DNA from: a virus
Strand: one strand, 5' to 3'
IMG/VR virus record: IMGVR_UViG_3300047472_000191
Location: 1-64,000 of that record
Length of the DNA: 64,000 nucleotides
Position numbers and translations under genes: made by a program. The notes under the pieces were generated by a model. That model saw only the letters and a list, made by a program, of their open reading frames with translations. It did not search any database and was not told the origin of the DNA. Shown one piece after another: positions 1-9,525 of this stretch; the first letter of the stretch is position 1, and every line of letters begins with the position of its first letter.

Positions 1-63
1 GGGCCCAGACTTCCTGGCACCCCAGACCTGGCACGGAGAGATCACGAAGGCAGGAACCTGAAC

Positions 64-384
64 ATGATCGACACCCCCGAACTCAACAAACTGTCCAAGA
101 TCGACGATGAGGGCGACAACCAGATCATCGGCGAGTTCCTGGAATGGGCCGGAGAGAACGGCTACCACTTCACCAAGACCGTGACCTACACCGACACCCG
201 TGAAAGCCTGATCCACGCGGGCCGCTTCTACGACGTTCCCGTGGAGGTAGAGCAGCCCGTCGAGATCAAAGAGGTCATCGCGCACTATTTCGGGATCGAT
301 CTGGACAAGGTGCGGGCGGAGAAGGAAGCCGTCTATGCGTCGCTCCGTGCGGCCTCCGTGTGCCAGCGTGGTGCCACCGGCTGA
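64..384 (+). CDS. hypothetical phage protein
   Basis: 106-aa ORF, AGGA upstream, followed by a hairpin. Confidence 0.75.
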   Translation: MIDTPELNKLSKIDDEGDNQIIGEFLEWAGENGYHFTKTVTYTDTRESLIHAGRFYDVPVEVEQPVEIKEVIAHYFGIDLDKVRAEKEAVYASLRAASVCQRGATG

Positions 385-430
385 TCTGCCGTCCAGCGTG
401 GGCCCCTGCCGACTGGTAGGGGCTTTCTGC

Positions 431-495
431 TTGCCCTGCCTAGCCTCATCATGCTAGGGTAGATATAAAGGGCGCACTGAACCGAGGAGAGTCCC
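431..495 (+). promoter_or_regulatory. Repeat promoter/operator plus conserved leader
   Basis: TTGCCC-N18-TAGGGT(455)-AGATAT, then AACCGAGGAGA before ATG 496. Confidence 0.8.
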
Positions 496-843
496 ATGGC
501 CAAGAAAGAGCCCCTCAAGAAAGCCACCCTGCTCCCTGGAGGCGGCCGACGCTGGGCCTGGGACGGCACAGGCGGCATACGGCACACGGTCGACTACGAC
601 GGCAAGTCAGGATCGACGGTATGGACCGTCTGGCACGGGGACCTGCCTATGCGCTGTGAGCAGCCCTGGTTCTTGGTGAGATCCCTCGGAGAAGTCCAGG
701 AGAACATCAAGTACTTCCGTAACGCCGACCTGGACAAGATCCACGCCAACAGGGCGATGCTCGCCTGCGGCCTACACCCTGACCAGCACTCGCCCATGAG
801 CTACTGCAACTGCGGCCCCTGCCAGGGCATCCCAGCCTTCTGA
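496..843 (+). CDS. hypothetical protein, Cys-rich C-terminus
   Basis: GAGGAG RBS; directly after the repeat promoter. Confidence 0.75.
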   Translation: MAKKEPLKKATLLPGGGRRWAWDGTGGIRHTVDYDGKSGSTVWTVWHGDLPMRCEQPWFLVRSLGEVQENIKYFRNADLDKIHANRAMLACGLHPDQHSPMSYCNCGPCQGIPAF

Positions 844-852
844 GAGGACCCC

Positions 853-1254
853 ATGAACACCCCCAAGAAGCCCGGCGGTATCACCGTCACCAAGGAAGCC
901 GTCTACAAGCTGCTCCCCGACGCCGACTCCCTGGCCCTGGCCTGGATCAAGGCGTGGGCCGACAAGGTGCCCTCGGGCACTGAGACGGTCGTGGCCAAGA
1001 TGAAGTGCGCCCTGGCCGACGGCCCGTGCGGGTGCCCCGAGGACGCCTACACGTTCAAGTGCACGGGCCCCTACCTGCCGGTACCCCTGGAGATCCTCAT
1101 GGACTGGATTCTCCCCTCGGACGGTTACCCGTGCCTTGTTCCCGGTGTGAAGGGTGGCATGCTCCCTGCGCCTCAGGCAGTTGTGGCGGATGGTCACGTG
1201 CGCGAGGTCCCGTTCGCGGGGCCGGGTATGGCCCTGTACGTCAAGAAGATCTGA
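853..1254 (+). CDS. hypothetical protein
   Basis: GAGGA RBS, operon spacing. Confidence 0.75.
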   Translation: MNTPKKPGGITVTKEAVYKLLPDADSLALAWIKAWADKVPSGTETVVAKMKCALADGPCGCPEDAYTFKCTGPYLPVPLEILMDWILPSDGYPCLVPGVKGGMLPAPQAVVADGHVREVPFAGPGMALYVKKI

Positions 1255-1263
1255 GGAGACGCC

Positions 1264-1515
1264 GTGCCCGAACTGCCCGAACTGCCCGAACTGCCCGAAC
1301 TGCCCGAACTGCCTCCGCCCGGCAGCACCGTTCATTACATGGTGCTCTACCGCTTTCCGGGAGACGACACCTGGGAGGGCACTATTCCCTCCCCCGATCT
1401 CGCTTGGGTGAAGGGGCGCCGGGCCGCCTTCCGGAAGAGGTGGCCCGGTGTTGAGGCGCACATCGTCCAGCGCACCACCGACGTGACGACTGCCTTTGTG
1501 GAGGACACTCCGTGA
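1264..1515 (+). CDS. hypothetical protein with N-terminal (PEL)5 repeat
   Basis: GAGGAG RBS; GTGA overlap with the next ORF. Confidence 0.7.
   Translation: MPELPELPELPELPELPPPGSTVHYMVLYRFPGDDTWEGTIPSPDLAWVKGRRAAFRKRWPGVEAHIVQRTTDVTTAFVEDTP
1265..1313 (+). repeat. 9-bp tandem repeat TGCCCGAAC x5
   Basis: Directly visible. Confidence 0.95.
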
Positions 1516-1760
1516 ACACTCCGACCGGCAATAGGCCCGAGAACCAACACCCCGCTCGCGGGAGTTCCCTCGGGGCATGGGTGCAGCCCGGCTTCAGTAG
1601 GCGGAAGATCGACTCTGAACAGAGTACGGAGATCCGGGAAAAGTTCAGGGCCGCCCGTGAGGAGAACCCGGATATACCCAAAGCCGTCTTCGCCCGGACT
1701 GTCGCCCCCGACTACGGGGTATCCGCCGCCACCATCGTCAAAATCATTACCAACGTCTAA
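1512..1760 (+). CDS. small HTH DNA-binding protein
   Basis: C-terminal 'VAPDYGVSAATIVKIIT' HTH-like segment. Confidence 0.6.
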   Translation: MNTPTGNRPENQHPARGSSLGAWVQPGFSRRKIDSEQSTEIREKFRAAREENPDIPKAVFARTVAPDYGVSAATIVKIITNV

Positions 1761-1769
1761 GGAGACTCC

Positions 1770-1973
1770 ATGAACAGGCAGATCATCCCCCTGGTCTTCC
1801 GCGTGGAAGTCGAGACCAGCGACACCAGCTCCGCCGCCATAGCCGCGATCATCGACGACATCGACGACCAGGTATCCGGCCAGCTCCGCGAACTCCGGAT
1901 CAAGGACGGCACCGCCGCCCGCAGCGTCGACTACCAGGCGGTCTCGATGCACGGCCAGGAGAGGGGCGACTGA
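1770..1973 (+). CDS. hypothetical protein
   Basis: AAGGAG RBS. Confidence 0.7.
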   Translation: MNRQIIPLVFRVEVETSDTSSAAIAAIIDDIDDQVSGQLRELRIKDGTAARSVDYQAVSMHGQERGD

Positions 1974-1975
1974 TC

Positions 1976-2188
1976 ATGGACGGCACTACACCGGAAAACC
2001 CTGTTCCCTCCGGAAAGGCTGCTCTTGCCGCAGCCCGTGAGCTGCTGGAGAGGGCTCAAAAGGCTCTAGCGGCTGCCGAGGTGGGCGGGACGCATGGTTG
2101 GGGCCCGTTCGCAGACATCGTGATCATGGACGAGGTAGCCGAGTTCAAGACGTATCCGGCGCCGATCAAGGCAGCGAAGGGGGAGTAA
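1976..2188 (+). CDS. hypothetical protein
   Basis: Operon spacing. Confidence 0.6.
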   Translation: MDGTTPENPVPSGKAALAAARELLERAQKALAAAEVGGTHGWGPFADIVIMDEVAEFKTYPAPIKAAKGE

Positions 2189-2451
2189 TGGGCTGGGGAG
2201 GACCAGGCGGCCTCACAGGAGTCGCCGCTGTAGCGGAAGGCCAGGAACTCCAGGCGTATCTGGACGGCTGGATCGAGCAGGGGATCTTCCGGGAAGGCAA
2301 GATCATCTGGGATCCCCAGGAAGGCTGCCACTGGGTAGAGGTCAGCCTCACTTACGGGCTCTCCCGGGAGTGGTCGGCTGATCAATTCCGCGCCTACATC
2401 CAGGGCGTGAAGGACGCGACCCGGCATCACGGCAGGGAGGAACGGCAGTGA
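2188..2451 (+). CDS. hypothetical protein
   Basis: TAATG coupling at 2186-2190 with GGGAG RBS; start re-called. Confidence 0.6.
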   Translation: MGWGGPGGLTGVAAVAEGQELQAYLDGWIEQGIFREGKIIWDPQEGCHWVEVSLTYGLSREWSADQFRAYIQGVKDATRHHGREERQ

Positions 2452-2690
2452 CGGGGCGTTCGAAGCACCTGGAGATAGCCCACGGGATCCGCTGGCAGAT
2501 CCAGAGCGGCGACTACGAGCCCGGGGAACTCCTGCCTACCCTGGAAGAGCTGGATCAGGAGTGGGAGGTCACCAGCCCCACCATGCTCCGCGCTCTGGGG
2601 GTTCTGGAGCGGGATGACACGCTCCGGCGGGGTGAGAACGGCTGGACCGTGGTGGGGGATCCCGGGATTGGCGGCAGTGCTCGGGGGTAG
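2448..2690 (+). CDS. GntR-family winged-HTH regulator
   Basis: 'IAHGIRWQIQSGDYEPGELLPTLEELDQEWEVTSPTMLRALGVLERD'. Confidence 0.8.
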   Translation: MTGRSKHLEIAHGIRWQIQSGDYEPGELLPTLEELDQEWEVTSPTMLRALGVLERDDTLRRGENGWTVVGDPGIGGSARG

Positions 2691-2778
2691 GCTGTTTGGT
2701 GGACCCTTCGGGGTTCGTGACGGAGACAGGGACGGCCGGACGTGTGGAAGCGTCTGGCCGTTTCGTTGTGTCTGGGGG

Positions 2779-2849
2779 TTGTGGCGCCTCAATCAACGTG
2801 CTAGGGTAGATATATCAGCACAGGGAAACACCAAACCGAGGAGAATCCC
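2779..2849 (+). promoter_or_regulatory. Repeat promoter/operator plus conserved leader
   Basis: TTGTGG-N17-TAGGGT(2802)-AGATATATCAGC...ACACCAAACCGAGGAGA. Confidence 0.8.
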
Positions 2850-2990
2850 ATGTCGTACGCCACGATCGCCCGATTCGCCGCCATGTTCGCCCTCATGGGC
2901 ACGGGGCACTGGATCATCGCCCTGCTGGTCTGGGGAGTCGGCTACGGCGCCCAGAAGGCCCTGTACACCCACCTGATGAACAAGATCTGA
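2850..2990 (+). CDS. 46-aa hydrophobic peptide (not in ORF track)
   Basis: MSYATIARFAAMFALMGTGHWIIALLVWGVG..., GAGGAG RBS. Confidence 0.7.
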   Translation: MSYATIARFAAMFALMGTGHWIIALLVWGVGYGAQKALYTHLMNKI

Positions 2991-3001
2991 GGAGACCTGC
3001 C

Positions 3002-3202
3002 GTGGCTACGCCCTCTTACAAGATCACCTGGACTGTCGGTCTGCTCTTCCGAGGCACCGTTCGCCGGGCCTTCCTGCGGGACGGTGTCAGGTTCACCGAG
3101 GACAAAGGGCCCCTGGACTCCCAGTTCATTATCTGGCCGACTTCCAGAGCGCAGTACGACGCTCTGATGGCCTGGACGCGCCGCGTATCCGAAACCGCCT
3201 GA
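3002..3202 (+). CDS. hypothetical protein
   Basis: GAGGAG RBS. Confidence 0.7.
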   Translation: MATPSYKITWTVGLLFRGTVRRAFLRDGVRFTEDKGPLDSQFIIWPTSRAQYDALMAWTRRVSETA

Positions 3203-3220
3203 GACGTCAGGAGATACCCC

Positions 3221-3517
3221 ATGCCTACGAACACCGAACGGCTGGCCCGGATCATCGGAGAGGCCGCGCCCTTGATTGCCGTGGCCTTGAGCGACGTCGA
3301 GATTCCCCAGGAGCTGATGTTTTCGTACTCCGAGTACGCCGTGATCGTTCGCCCGATAAATACGGACGCCTCGGCCCGGCGCTTCAACAAGGCGTCTTTT
3401 GCCGTGGTGGATGCCGCGTTCCAGGGCGCTGGGTGGGAGCGCCGTATCTCGTTCACTGGGGGCAATCCGAGGGCGGAGGTGCACGCGTTCGTCCCGGGGT
3501 GGTTGCCACGCCTGTAG
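3221..3517 (+). CDS. hypothetical protein
   Basis: AGGAG RBS. Confidence 0.7.
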   Translation: MPTNTERLARIIGEAAPLIAVALSDVEIPQELMFSYSEYAVIVRPINTDASARRFNKASFAVVDAAFQGAGWERRISFTGGNPRAEVHAFVPGWLPRL

Positions 3518-3573
3518 GGGTGTGCTAGGGTAGATATATCAGCTCAGGGGAACACCGAACCGAGGAGAATCCC
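3503..3573 (+). promoter_or_regulatory. Repeat promoter/operator plus conserved leader
   Basis: TTGCCA-N17-TAGGGT(3526)-AGATATATCAGC...ACACCGAACCGAGGAGA. Confidence 0.8.
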
Positions 3574-3762
3574 ATGGAAGCCGTTAACAAGATCGCCACG
3601 CACCTGCTGTTCGTCGACAACGACCCCGAGATGCTGGACCACGGCAAGCAGCGCGTAGCCGAGCAGTTCGCCCGGAAGGCTGGTCTTGAGGGCCTGGGTA
3701 TCGAATACCCTGAGCTGGTGGCCCGCGCTCGCGTTCACGTCCGTGAGAACCTGATGGGCTGA
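3574..3762 (+). CDS. hypothetical protein
   Basis: Single-gene cassette after the repeat promoter. Confidence 0.75.
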   Translation: MEAVNKIATHLLFVDNDPEMLDHGKQRVAEQFARKAGLEGLGIEYPELVARARVHVRENLMG

Positions 3763-3819
3763 TCGTCTGCTGTACCGAGGGGGCCGGGAAACCGGCCCTT
3801 TCGGCGTTTCCCGGGGGTG

Positions 3820-3890
3820 TTGTATGCCTCCACCTCATGTGCTAGGGTAGATATATCAGCAGGGAACACCACACCAGGGGAGATCTCGAA
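3820..3890 (+). promoter_or_regulatory. Repeat promoter/operator
   Basis: TTGTAT-N17-TAGGGT(3843)-AGATATATCAGC. Confidence 0.8.
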
Positions 3891-4319
3891 ATGACTGTCA
3901 AGAACTTCTGGATGAACGCAACCACCGCCGACGCCGAAGCCTTCTACTACGTCATCCCCGCCCAGGGCCGCGAATGGCAGATCACCCGAGCCCAGGCCGC
4001 CCAGTTCACCTTCGACCCCGAGTTCCCCTTCGGATGGCGCGTAGAGCGCCGCATCGTCGAATCCGAAGTAACCGCCTGCCCCTGGTGCGGCGCACGCCCC
4101 GTGATCTTCGAACGCGACGTTGACGGCTGGGCCTCCACCGGAACGTGCGGCAGCAGGCAGTGTAATGGTCTCCGACGCTGTGACGGCTGCGGCAAGGACA
4201 ACTGCCACATCCTCGGCAGCGTGCGCGGTCACCTCTGCGATACCTGCAACGAGACGGCCCGGAAGAACGGCCTGGAAGCTGCCCCCGACCGCTACGCCCT
4301 CGTAGCCTCCACCTGGTAG
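3891..4319 (+). CDS. Cys-rich (Zn-binding) hypothetical protein
   Basis: Several CxxC motifs. Confidence 0.75.
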   Translation: MTVKNFWMNATTADAEAFYYVIPAQGREWQITRAQAAQFTFDPEFPFGWRVERRIVESEVTACPWCGARPVIFERDVDGWASTGTCGSRQCNGLRRCDGCGKDNCHILGSVRGHLCDTCNETARKNGLEAAPDRYALVASTW

Positions 4320-4331
4320 GCCCTGAGCACA

Positions 4332-4372
4332 CAAAGAAGCCCCGACTCCTCCAGGAAGTCGGGGCTTCTTTG
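4332..4372. terminator. Bidirectional intrinsic terminator
   Basis: AAAGAAGCCCCGACT...AGTCGGGGCTTCTTT between convergent genes. Confidence 0.85.
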
Positions 4373-4378
4373 TATGGC

Positions 4379-4915
4379 CTACTCCGAGCGGCTTGCGCGG
4401 CTCTGCCCCCACTCGATGACCTCGGGGGATGCCGGAAGGGATCCGACCTTCATCACGGGCGGCACGAACGGGTACAGCTCACCGCGCACGTTCTGCCTTA
4501 CCCGCTGCTGCATGGCCAGAAGGCCGCCCCGCGCCAACGGGTTCATCTTCTGGCCGTGCATCCGCTCCCACACCGTCACGGTCCGCTTGAACAGGGCGGC
4601 CCACCGGCCGGTGCTGATGTGGGCGGCGCACGCCTTGCACGCGGCCCAGTCTTCCCCGGACATGTGCTGGTCCTGCCCGGGGAGGGGGAAGTCCTTGACG
4701 GGCAGGATGAACGAGTCTTCGTCGTCCAGGTTGCAGAAGTCGCACCGGTACAGCGGCTTCACTTCATCCTGGTCTACCGGCACCGGGGCGTGTCCTCCGG
4801 CGTCCTGGAAGCCGTGTACCCATTCCTGCCGGGTGCCGTCGTCGTTTTCGAGCAGGGAGAGGATGCGGCGGCATACTGCGCACACTTTCGCGCGTCCGGG
4901 TCGGGTGTCGCCCAT
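4379..4915 (-). CDS. Zn-binding hypothetical protein
   Basis: CxxC motifs, GAGGAG RBS. Confidence 0.75.
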   Translation of the reverse strand: MGDTRPGRAKVCAVCRRILSLLENDDGTRQEWVHGFQDAGGHAPVPVDQDEVKPLYRCDFCNLDDEDSFILPVKDFPLPGQDQHMSGEDWAACKACAAHISTGRWAALFKRTVTVWERMHGQKMNPLARGGLLAMQQRVRQNVRGELYPFVPPVMKVGSLPASPEVIEWGQSRASRSE

Positions 4916-5303
4916 GGTGGTCTCCTCGGGGTGGGGTGGCGCTCTGTCCAGAATAACAGGGTAGATAAATCTTCGCTTGCGCGGTTCGAACGCCAGGTCT
5001 ACGGTGAAAACATAAGACTCCGGGTCAAACCGGACGACATATCAAGGACACCCATGACGGAAGGCCCGCATACGCCTCACCTTGCCTGCGTACGGGCCTT
5101 CCCGCCTGCTCCGGCTGGCTGTCGGTAGCCGTCCAGAGCGTGGAAGGCATCCAGCTGGGTAGACGGTCTGCACTGCTCCCTGGGACCCCTCTGACTTCTC
5201 GGGGGACAGCAAAGAAGGGGATCGGGCTGTCGTCTCCGGCCCGATCCCCTTCATGCGGCGCCGACGGGGCGCAGCCTGTGCGGCTACGCCCCGTGTCGGG
5301 TGA

Positions 5304-5555
5304 TCAGTTGTCGTACGGGCCGCCGATGTCGACGACGGAGCCGTTGCTGTTGACGCGCTTCCTGTAGGCCTGTTCGGCGCGCATTTTCTCGGCCTCGAAG
5401 ATCTCCAGGAGCCCGTCCAGGGTGGCTTCCGGGTTCTCCGCGATGTAGCGACGGGTGACGTTGACGGCGTAGGTGCGAGCCATGATCCAGGATTCTTCGA
5501 AGGCTCGCTGGCCGGTGATCTTGCCGGTCTCGTCGCGGCCGTTGTGGCTGTCCAT
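5304..5555 (-). CDS. hypothetical protein
   Basis: Follows repeat promoter (5595-5600) and conserved leader. Confidence 0.75.
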   Translation of the reverse strand: MDSHNGRDETGKITGQRAFEESWIMARTYAVNVTRRYIAENPEATLDGLLEIFEAEKMRAEQAYRKRVNSNGSVVDIGGPYDN

Positions 5556-5627
5556 GGGAGTCTCCTCGGTTCGGTGTCTCTCTTCGATATATCTACCCTA
5601 GCAGGCGCTGTGAGGGCTCTGCAACCC

Positions 5628-5921
5628 TCAGTCCTCCTGGATGATCTCTCCGGGTTCGAGCCGGTACATGAAGCCCTTGGAGACGGCGTAGACGAGTCCG
5701 TCCCGGAACTCCCGTACCCGTCCTGTGATGACCTGTCCTTCGTACAGGAACTGGACGTTGTGGCCGACCTGGGCGAGGCAGAACAGTACGGTCTCCGTCT
5801 CCTTGAGGGCGGTCCACGTTTCGGGGGTGAAGACGCCGTCCCGGTTGTCCTTGCCGTACTCGTCGGTCATGTAGAAGTCGAGGGCTTCGGCGAGCAGTGT
5901 GAGCTGTTCGGGAGTGAACAC
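5628..5921 (-). CDS. hypothetical protein
   Basis: Follows repeat promoter (5957-5962) and leader. Confidence 0.75.
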   Translation of the reverse strand: MFTPEQLTLLAEALDFYMTDEYGKDNRDGVFTPETWTALKETETVLFCLAQVGHNVQFLYEGQVITGRVREFRDGLVYAVSKGFMYRLEPGEIIQED

Positions 5922-6226
5922 GGGAGTCTCCTCTTTTCGGTGTCTCTGATGTATCTACCCTAGCACACTTTGAGGGAAAAGGAGACCCCCGGACAAGCCA
6001 ACCTGATTCCCAGTCCCGCAACAAACCCTACACACGCCCCAGAACCGACAGAACGGCCCCCAGGAGCGCCTAGAACCCCCTGTAAGGTCCCGAGACCTCA
6101 GAAAGATCCCGAAAGCCCTGTAGATCGCCGCACAGGGCCGTTAAGGTGAAGCGGTGCCCTCGGAGGCGCAAACCGCTCAACGCCGTCACACGAACTAGGG
6201 CGTTGCGGGGCCTTCCGAGGGCACTC

Positions 6227-6541
6227 TCACGCCCGGGGAGCGGTGGGGGTGATCTGCACGCTCGCTCCGCAGTCGCAGCGGTGTTCCCCGTGCCACATCG
6301 AGCCGTCGCAGTCCGGCACCCATTCCAGCGTCACCGGGATGGCCTCCATAGTCACGAGGTCGTGCCAGTCGCCCCAACTGGCGGGAGGCTGCTTGCCGCA
6401 GGCGGCATGGACCAGCTGGGCTTGCCCCTCCTCGATCTCCAGCCGGTACCGGTTGTCTCCCGGAGGGCACGTGCAGCCGGTCTCCTCGTACTCCGGTTCG
6501 TCGGAGTCGTCGGTAGGCTCAAAGAAGTTCAGAGCGGTCAC
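6227..6541 (-). CDS. acidic Cys-rich hypothetical protein
   Basis: Start re-called to GTG 6541. Confidence 0.6.
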   Translation of the reverse strand: MTALNFFEPTDDSDEPEYEETGCTCPPGDNRYRLEIEEGQAQLVHAACGKQPPASWGDWHDLVTMEAIPVTLEWVPDCDGSMWHGEHRCDCGASVQITPTAPRA

Positions 6542-6749
6542 GGGTGATCTCCGGATCGATCTCGTCGGCGGCCTCATTGCAGTCGCCCATGTGGTCATCG
6601 GTGTAGTCGCGGAGTCGCTCCGAGTTGCGGATCTTCTCTGCCAGCTCGTGGGCGAACGCGTCGATACGAGCACTCGCTTTCTCGGAACGCTCGGGGGAGT
6701 GGGGGCCTCCAGCCATCAGGGCCGCATATAGGTCTGCCCTGGCGCTCAC
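6519..6749 (-). CDS. hypothetical protein (paralog of 9884..10153)
   Basis: GTGA coupling to the upstream gene; 'AHELAEKIR' motif. Confidence 0.6.
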   Translation of the reverse strand: MSARADLYAALMAGGPHSPERSEKASARIDAFAHELAEKIRNSERLRDYTDDHMGDCNEAADEIDPEITRDRSELL

Positions 6750-7780
6750 TCTTCCAGCCCTTCCATGCGGGCCTTCAGCTCGGCGAGTTCCCGCTGATCC
6801 TTCCTCGCCTGTTCGGCCAGGGCGAGGTGAGCCTCCATCAGGGCACTGCGGTTCGCTGCCCGCCGCAGCAGCTCCTTGAGCATGTTGCCGGAGCCGGGGG
6901 CGGCCCGCCACAGGATGTAGTTCCGCATCTCCTCGAACGGGTATGCGACCTCGCAGGTGATTTCCTGCTCACAGAGCCCGTGATCGCCTTCCTCGTGCGC
7001 CCACTCCCTCTCGTGCTTGGCGCAGGGCTCCCCGCCGTCCTCGCACGGGAATTCATCGCAAGGGGTCGGCTTCGGTGTGCTGGCAGTGTCGAGGTGCACG
7101 GTCGCTGCGTCCCGGAGCGCCTGGAGCGCACCGGTCGTGAGGCCGATGTCTGCGGCCCAGATCTGGGTGTCCAGGTAGGTGATCTCTGGGAGGTGCAGTA
7201 GGACGCCGTCATCTGCGGCAGTGATCCGGGGCAAGTTCGTACCGTCGGCCTGCGCATTGTCGGCGGCGTCCGGCCGGTCACAGTTGCCGCAGGGTACGTA
7301 ACGGCAGCCCGAGCACGGGTCGGGGTTGCTGATCTCCAGGGGCTCCAGCACGCTCACGCCGCAGTGCGGGTACGAGCACGTCTTCCGCAGATCCCACGCC
7401 TCCACCTCAGACGCGGTCACCCGCAGCCAATCCAGGCTGGAATGCGGGCTCTCGGGGGCGTGCTTCAGGCAGCGGAGCATCGTGTCAAAGACCCGGGATC
7501 GGTAGCCGACGAGCCGTCCCCCGTCCCCCGTCAGGAGAGACGGCGTGTAGATCTTCCCGCCTTCTCCTTGGACCGTCCGGCCCTGCCGGAGATAGAAGAC
7601 GTCGGCGTAGCCGAGGGGTCCTCCCTGGCAGGTCATCAGCGGAGGGCAAACTTTGTCCGCCCCGGGCTTGTTCAGGCAGAGGCAGAGGTGTCCGTGCTTC
7701 GGGCCGTGGCTGACACCCGTTTCGCATTCATCCCCAGGGGCGTGCTGCGGGTGCTGGCAGTTCGGGCAGGTGTTCTTCAT
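6746..7780 (-). CDS. multi-Zn-finger hypothetical protein
   Basis: 344 aa, many Cys/His clusters, C-terminal coiled coil. Confidence 0.75.
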   Translation of the reverse strand: MKNTCPNCQHPQHAPGDECETGVSHGPKHGHLCLCLNKPGADKVCPPLMTCQGGPLGYADVFYLRQGRTVQGEGGKIYTPSLLTGDGGRLVGYRSRVFDTMLRCLKHAPESPHSSLDWLRVTASEVEAWDLRKTCSYPHCGVSVLEPLEISNPDPCSGCRYVPCGNCDRPDAADNAQADGTNLPRITAADDGVLLHLPEITYLDTQIWAADIGLTTGALQALRDAATVHLDTASTPKPTPCDEFPCEDGGEPCAKHEREWAHEEGDHGLCEQEITCEVAYPFEEMRNYILWRAAPGSGNMLKELLRRAANRSALMEAHLALAEQARKDQRELAELKARMEGLEE

Positions 7781-8220
7781 GCCTGGTTTCCTCTGGCGTC
7801 GTCGCGGACGGCGTCAATGATGACCTTCCGCAGTGCGGGCGTTATCTGCGGGTGGAAAGCGAAGAGAATCCGTACGCCGATCTCGCCACCCTCGGTGGGG
7901 ATGTCGATGGTTTCAGCATGCGGTGCCAGCCCGTCGGCGCCGAGGTTGACGGCCCAGTCGGATACGTCGGCTGCGCTTGTGAGTAGGTTGTCGATGTTGC
8001 GCTGCGCCGCATCGAAGTCTTCGCGGGGGAGGTGGCTCCAAGCACGGCTCATCTCCAGCGGCTCACCGGTCTCCGGTTCCAGGTCAACGACCCTGGAAGG
8101 GATCGGCGTGCAGTCCATACGCTCTCCGATTCCCATGAAGTCGGGGTCTTCGAGGGACAGGGCGTGCTGTCGGGCGGCTTCGGCGCGTAGGTCATCGTCG
8201 GTGTACGGCTGTTCAGTCAT
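7777..8220 (-). CDS. hypothetical protein
   Basis: AGGAG RBS, ATGA overlap. Confidence 0.75.
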   Translation of the reverse strand: MTEQPYTDDDLRAEAARQHALSLEDPDFMGIGERMDCTPIPSRVVDLEPETGEPLEMSRAWSHLPREDFDAAQRNIDNLLTSAADVSDWAVNLGADGLAPHAETIDIPTEGGEIGVRILFAFHPQITPALRKVIIDAVRDDARGNQA

Positions 8221-8286
8221 CGTTTATCTCCTGGTGGTATGAGGGCGGCCGTCCCGTGCTGGACGAGACGGCCGCATGAGGATCGG

Positions 8287-8745
8287 TCAGATCAGTCCGG
8301 CGATCAGGTCCAGTGCGGAATCCGCAGCGGCCCGCCGTTCGACGGGGGTCATGCCGTCGGCTACTGCCAGCATCTTCGTAGCGGTGGCTGTCTCGGTGAC
8401 CTGGTCGACCCCGCTGAGGGCGAGCCGCCTGAACTCCTGGGAGGCAAGCCCGGGGGCGTCAACGTCCAGCAGGGAGTCGGGAAGACCTCCGCCCAGCGCG
8501 TCAGCTGTGGCGATACAGGCCAGGGATACCAGCCGGGCGGTTGTCGTCGGGTCTTCAGCGATCTGGTCCAGCAGCGGCGGCTGACAGGCGGTACAGCCGT
8601 CGATTGCGGCGCCTACGAGGGTGTCGAGCAGCTGGCTGTCGGTGGGTCGCCCTCCGAAGTCCGGCCGGTGGTCTCCTTCGAGGCCTTGGGCGTGGTTGTG
8701 GTCGGGGCGTTCCCGGCGGGGCTTGTTCACTTTTTGCCGACCCAT
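8287..8745 (-). CDS. hypothetical protein
   Basis: Start re-called to ATG 8745 (GGAG RBS). Confidence 0.65.
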   Translation of the reverse strand: MGRQKVNKPRRERPDHNHAQGLEGDHRPDFGGRPTDSQLLDTLVGAAIDGCTACQPPLLDQIAEDPTTTARLVSLACIATADALGGGLPDSLLDVDAPGLASQEFRRLALSGVDQVTETATATKMLAVADGMTPVERRAAADSALDLIAGLI

Positions 8746-8855
8746 TCGGTTTCTCCGTGTTTCTGGGGGTTGTTGGGGCGGTCTGACGCTATCGGCTGGG
8801 TCTGACACACCAGAAACCCGCCGCGTGCTGCGACGGGTCCGGGGTAGAAGGGATG

Positions 8856-9194
8856 TCAGCGCGAGGTCTTGTAGCGGGCGGCGTCCTGCTGCATGCCCTG
8901 CCAGACGGTTTCGAACATTTGGGCGAGGATCAGATCGCGGGCGCCGAGGTTGCGATTGTTCTGCGTAGTCGCCTGCACGTAACGCACCTTAGCTGCACGT
9001 TTCCGACGCATTATGGAGTCGGCGATGGCTTCGTCGGTGGCCTTGCGGAGGCGCCAGTTGCCGATGGTCTGGAGGACGATCCGGAAGCCCCAGTTGAAGA
9101 GGCGGGCGGCGTCTGCCTCGGTCATGAGGCCTTGTTCGACCTTTTCGGCGAGCATGCGACGGGCAGCGGCTTCGGTGTTTTCGATGACGCGCAT
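8856..9194 (-). CDS. hypothetical protein
   Basis: Follows variant promoter TAGAGT-AGATAC (9229-9234). Confidence 0.7.
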   Translation of the reverse strand: MRVIENTEAAARRMLAEKVEQGLMTEADAARLFNWGFRIVLQTIGNWRLRKATDEAIADSIMRRKRAAKVRYVQATTQNNRNLGARDLILAQMFETVWQGMQQDAARYKTSR

Positions 9195-9366
9195 GACGAT
9201 CCCCTCAGGTGGTCTAGCGGATGTATCTACTCTAACAGGGTTCGAGCCGTATGGCTATTACACCCCGTCAGTTCCCCGTACGGAACCGAAAGAACGGAAT
9301 CTGTCCCTCAGGAACGCAAAAGGGGCACCGCCGAAGCCGTGCCCCACCCCCACCCACCCAGCTACC

Positions 9367-9516
9367 TCAGTCCCACCCTTCATCGTTGCGCTGCGTCCGG
9401 GACGTGGACTCCGGCCGCTCCCACAGCAGCCGGTTCAGCTCCCACTCCTCCCGCCACGCGTTCTCTTCGCTCCAGTCGGATATCTCCGGATCGTCGTCCG
9501 GGTGTCTGCGCTTCAC
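9367..9516 (-). CDS. 49-aa acidic peptide (not in ORF track)
   Basis: GGGAG RBS, MKRRHPDDDPEISDW... Confidence 0.5.
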   Translation of the reverse strand: MKRRHPDDDPEISDWSEENAWREEWELNRLLWERPESTSRTQRNDEGWD

Positions 9517-9525
9517 TGCCGCTCC

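Noticed and set aside
1976-2188. 'DIVIMDEVAEF' Walker-B-like motif suggesting an ATPase/terminase fragment
   Set aside because: 70-aa ORF with no Walker A; insufficient evidence
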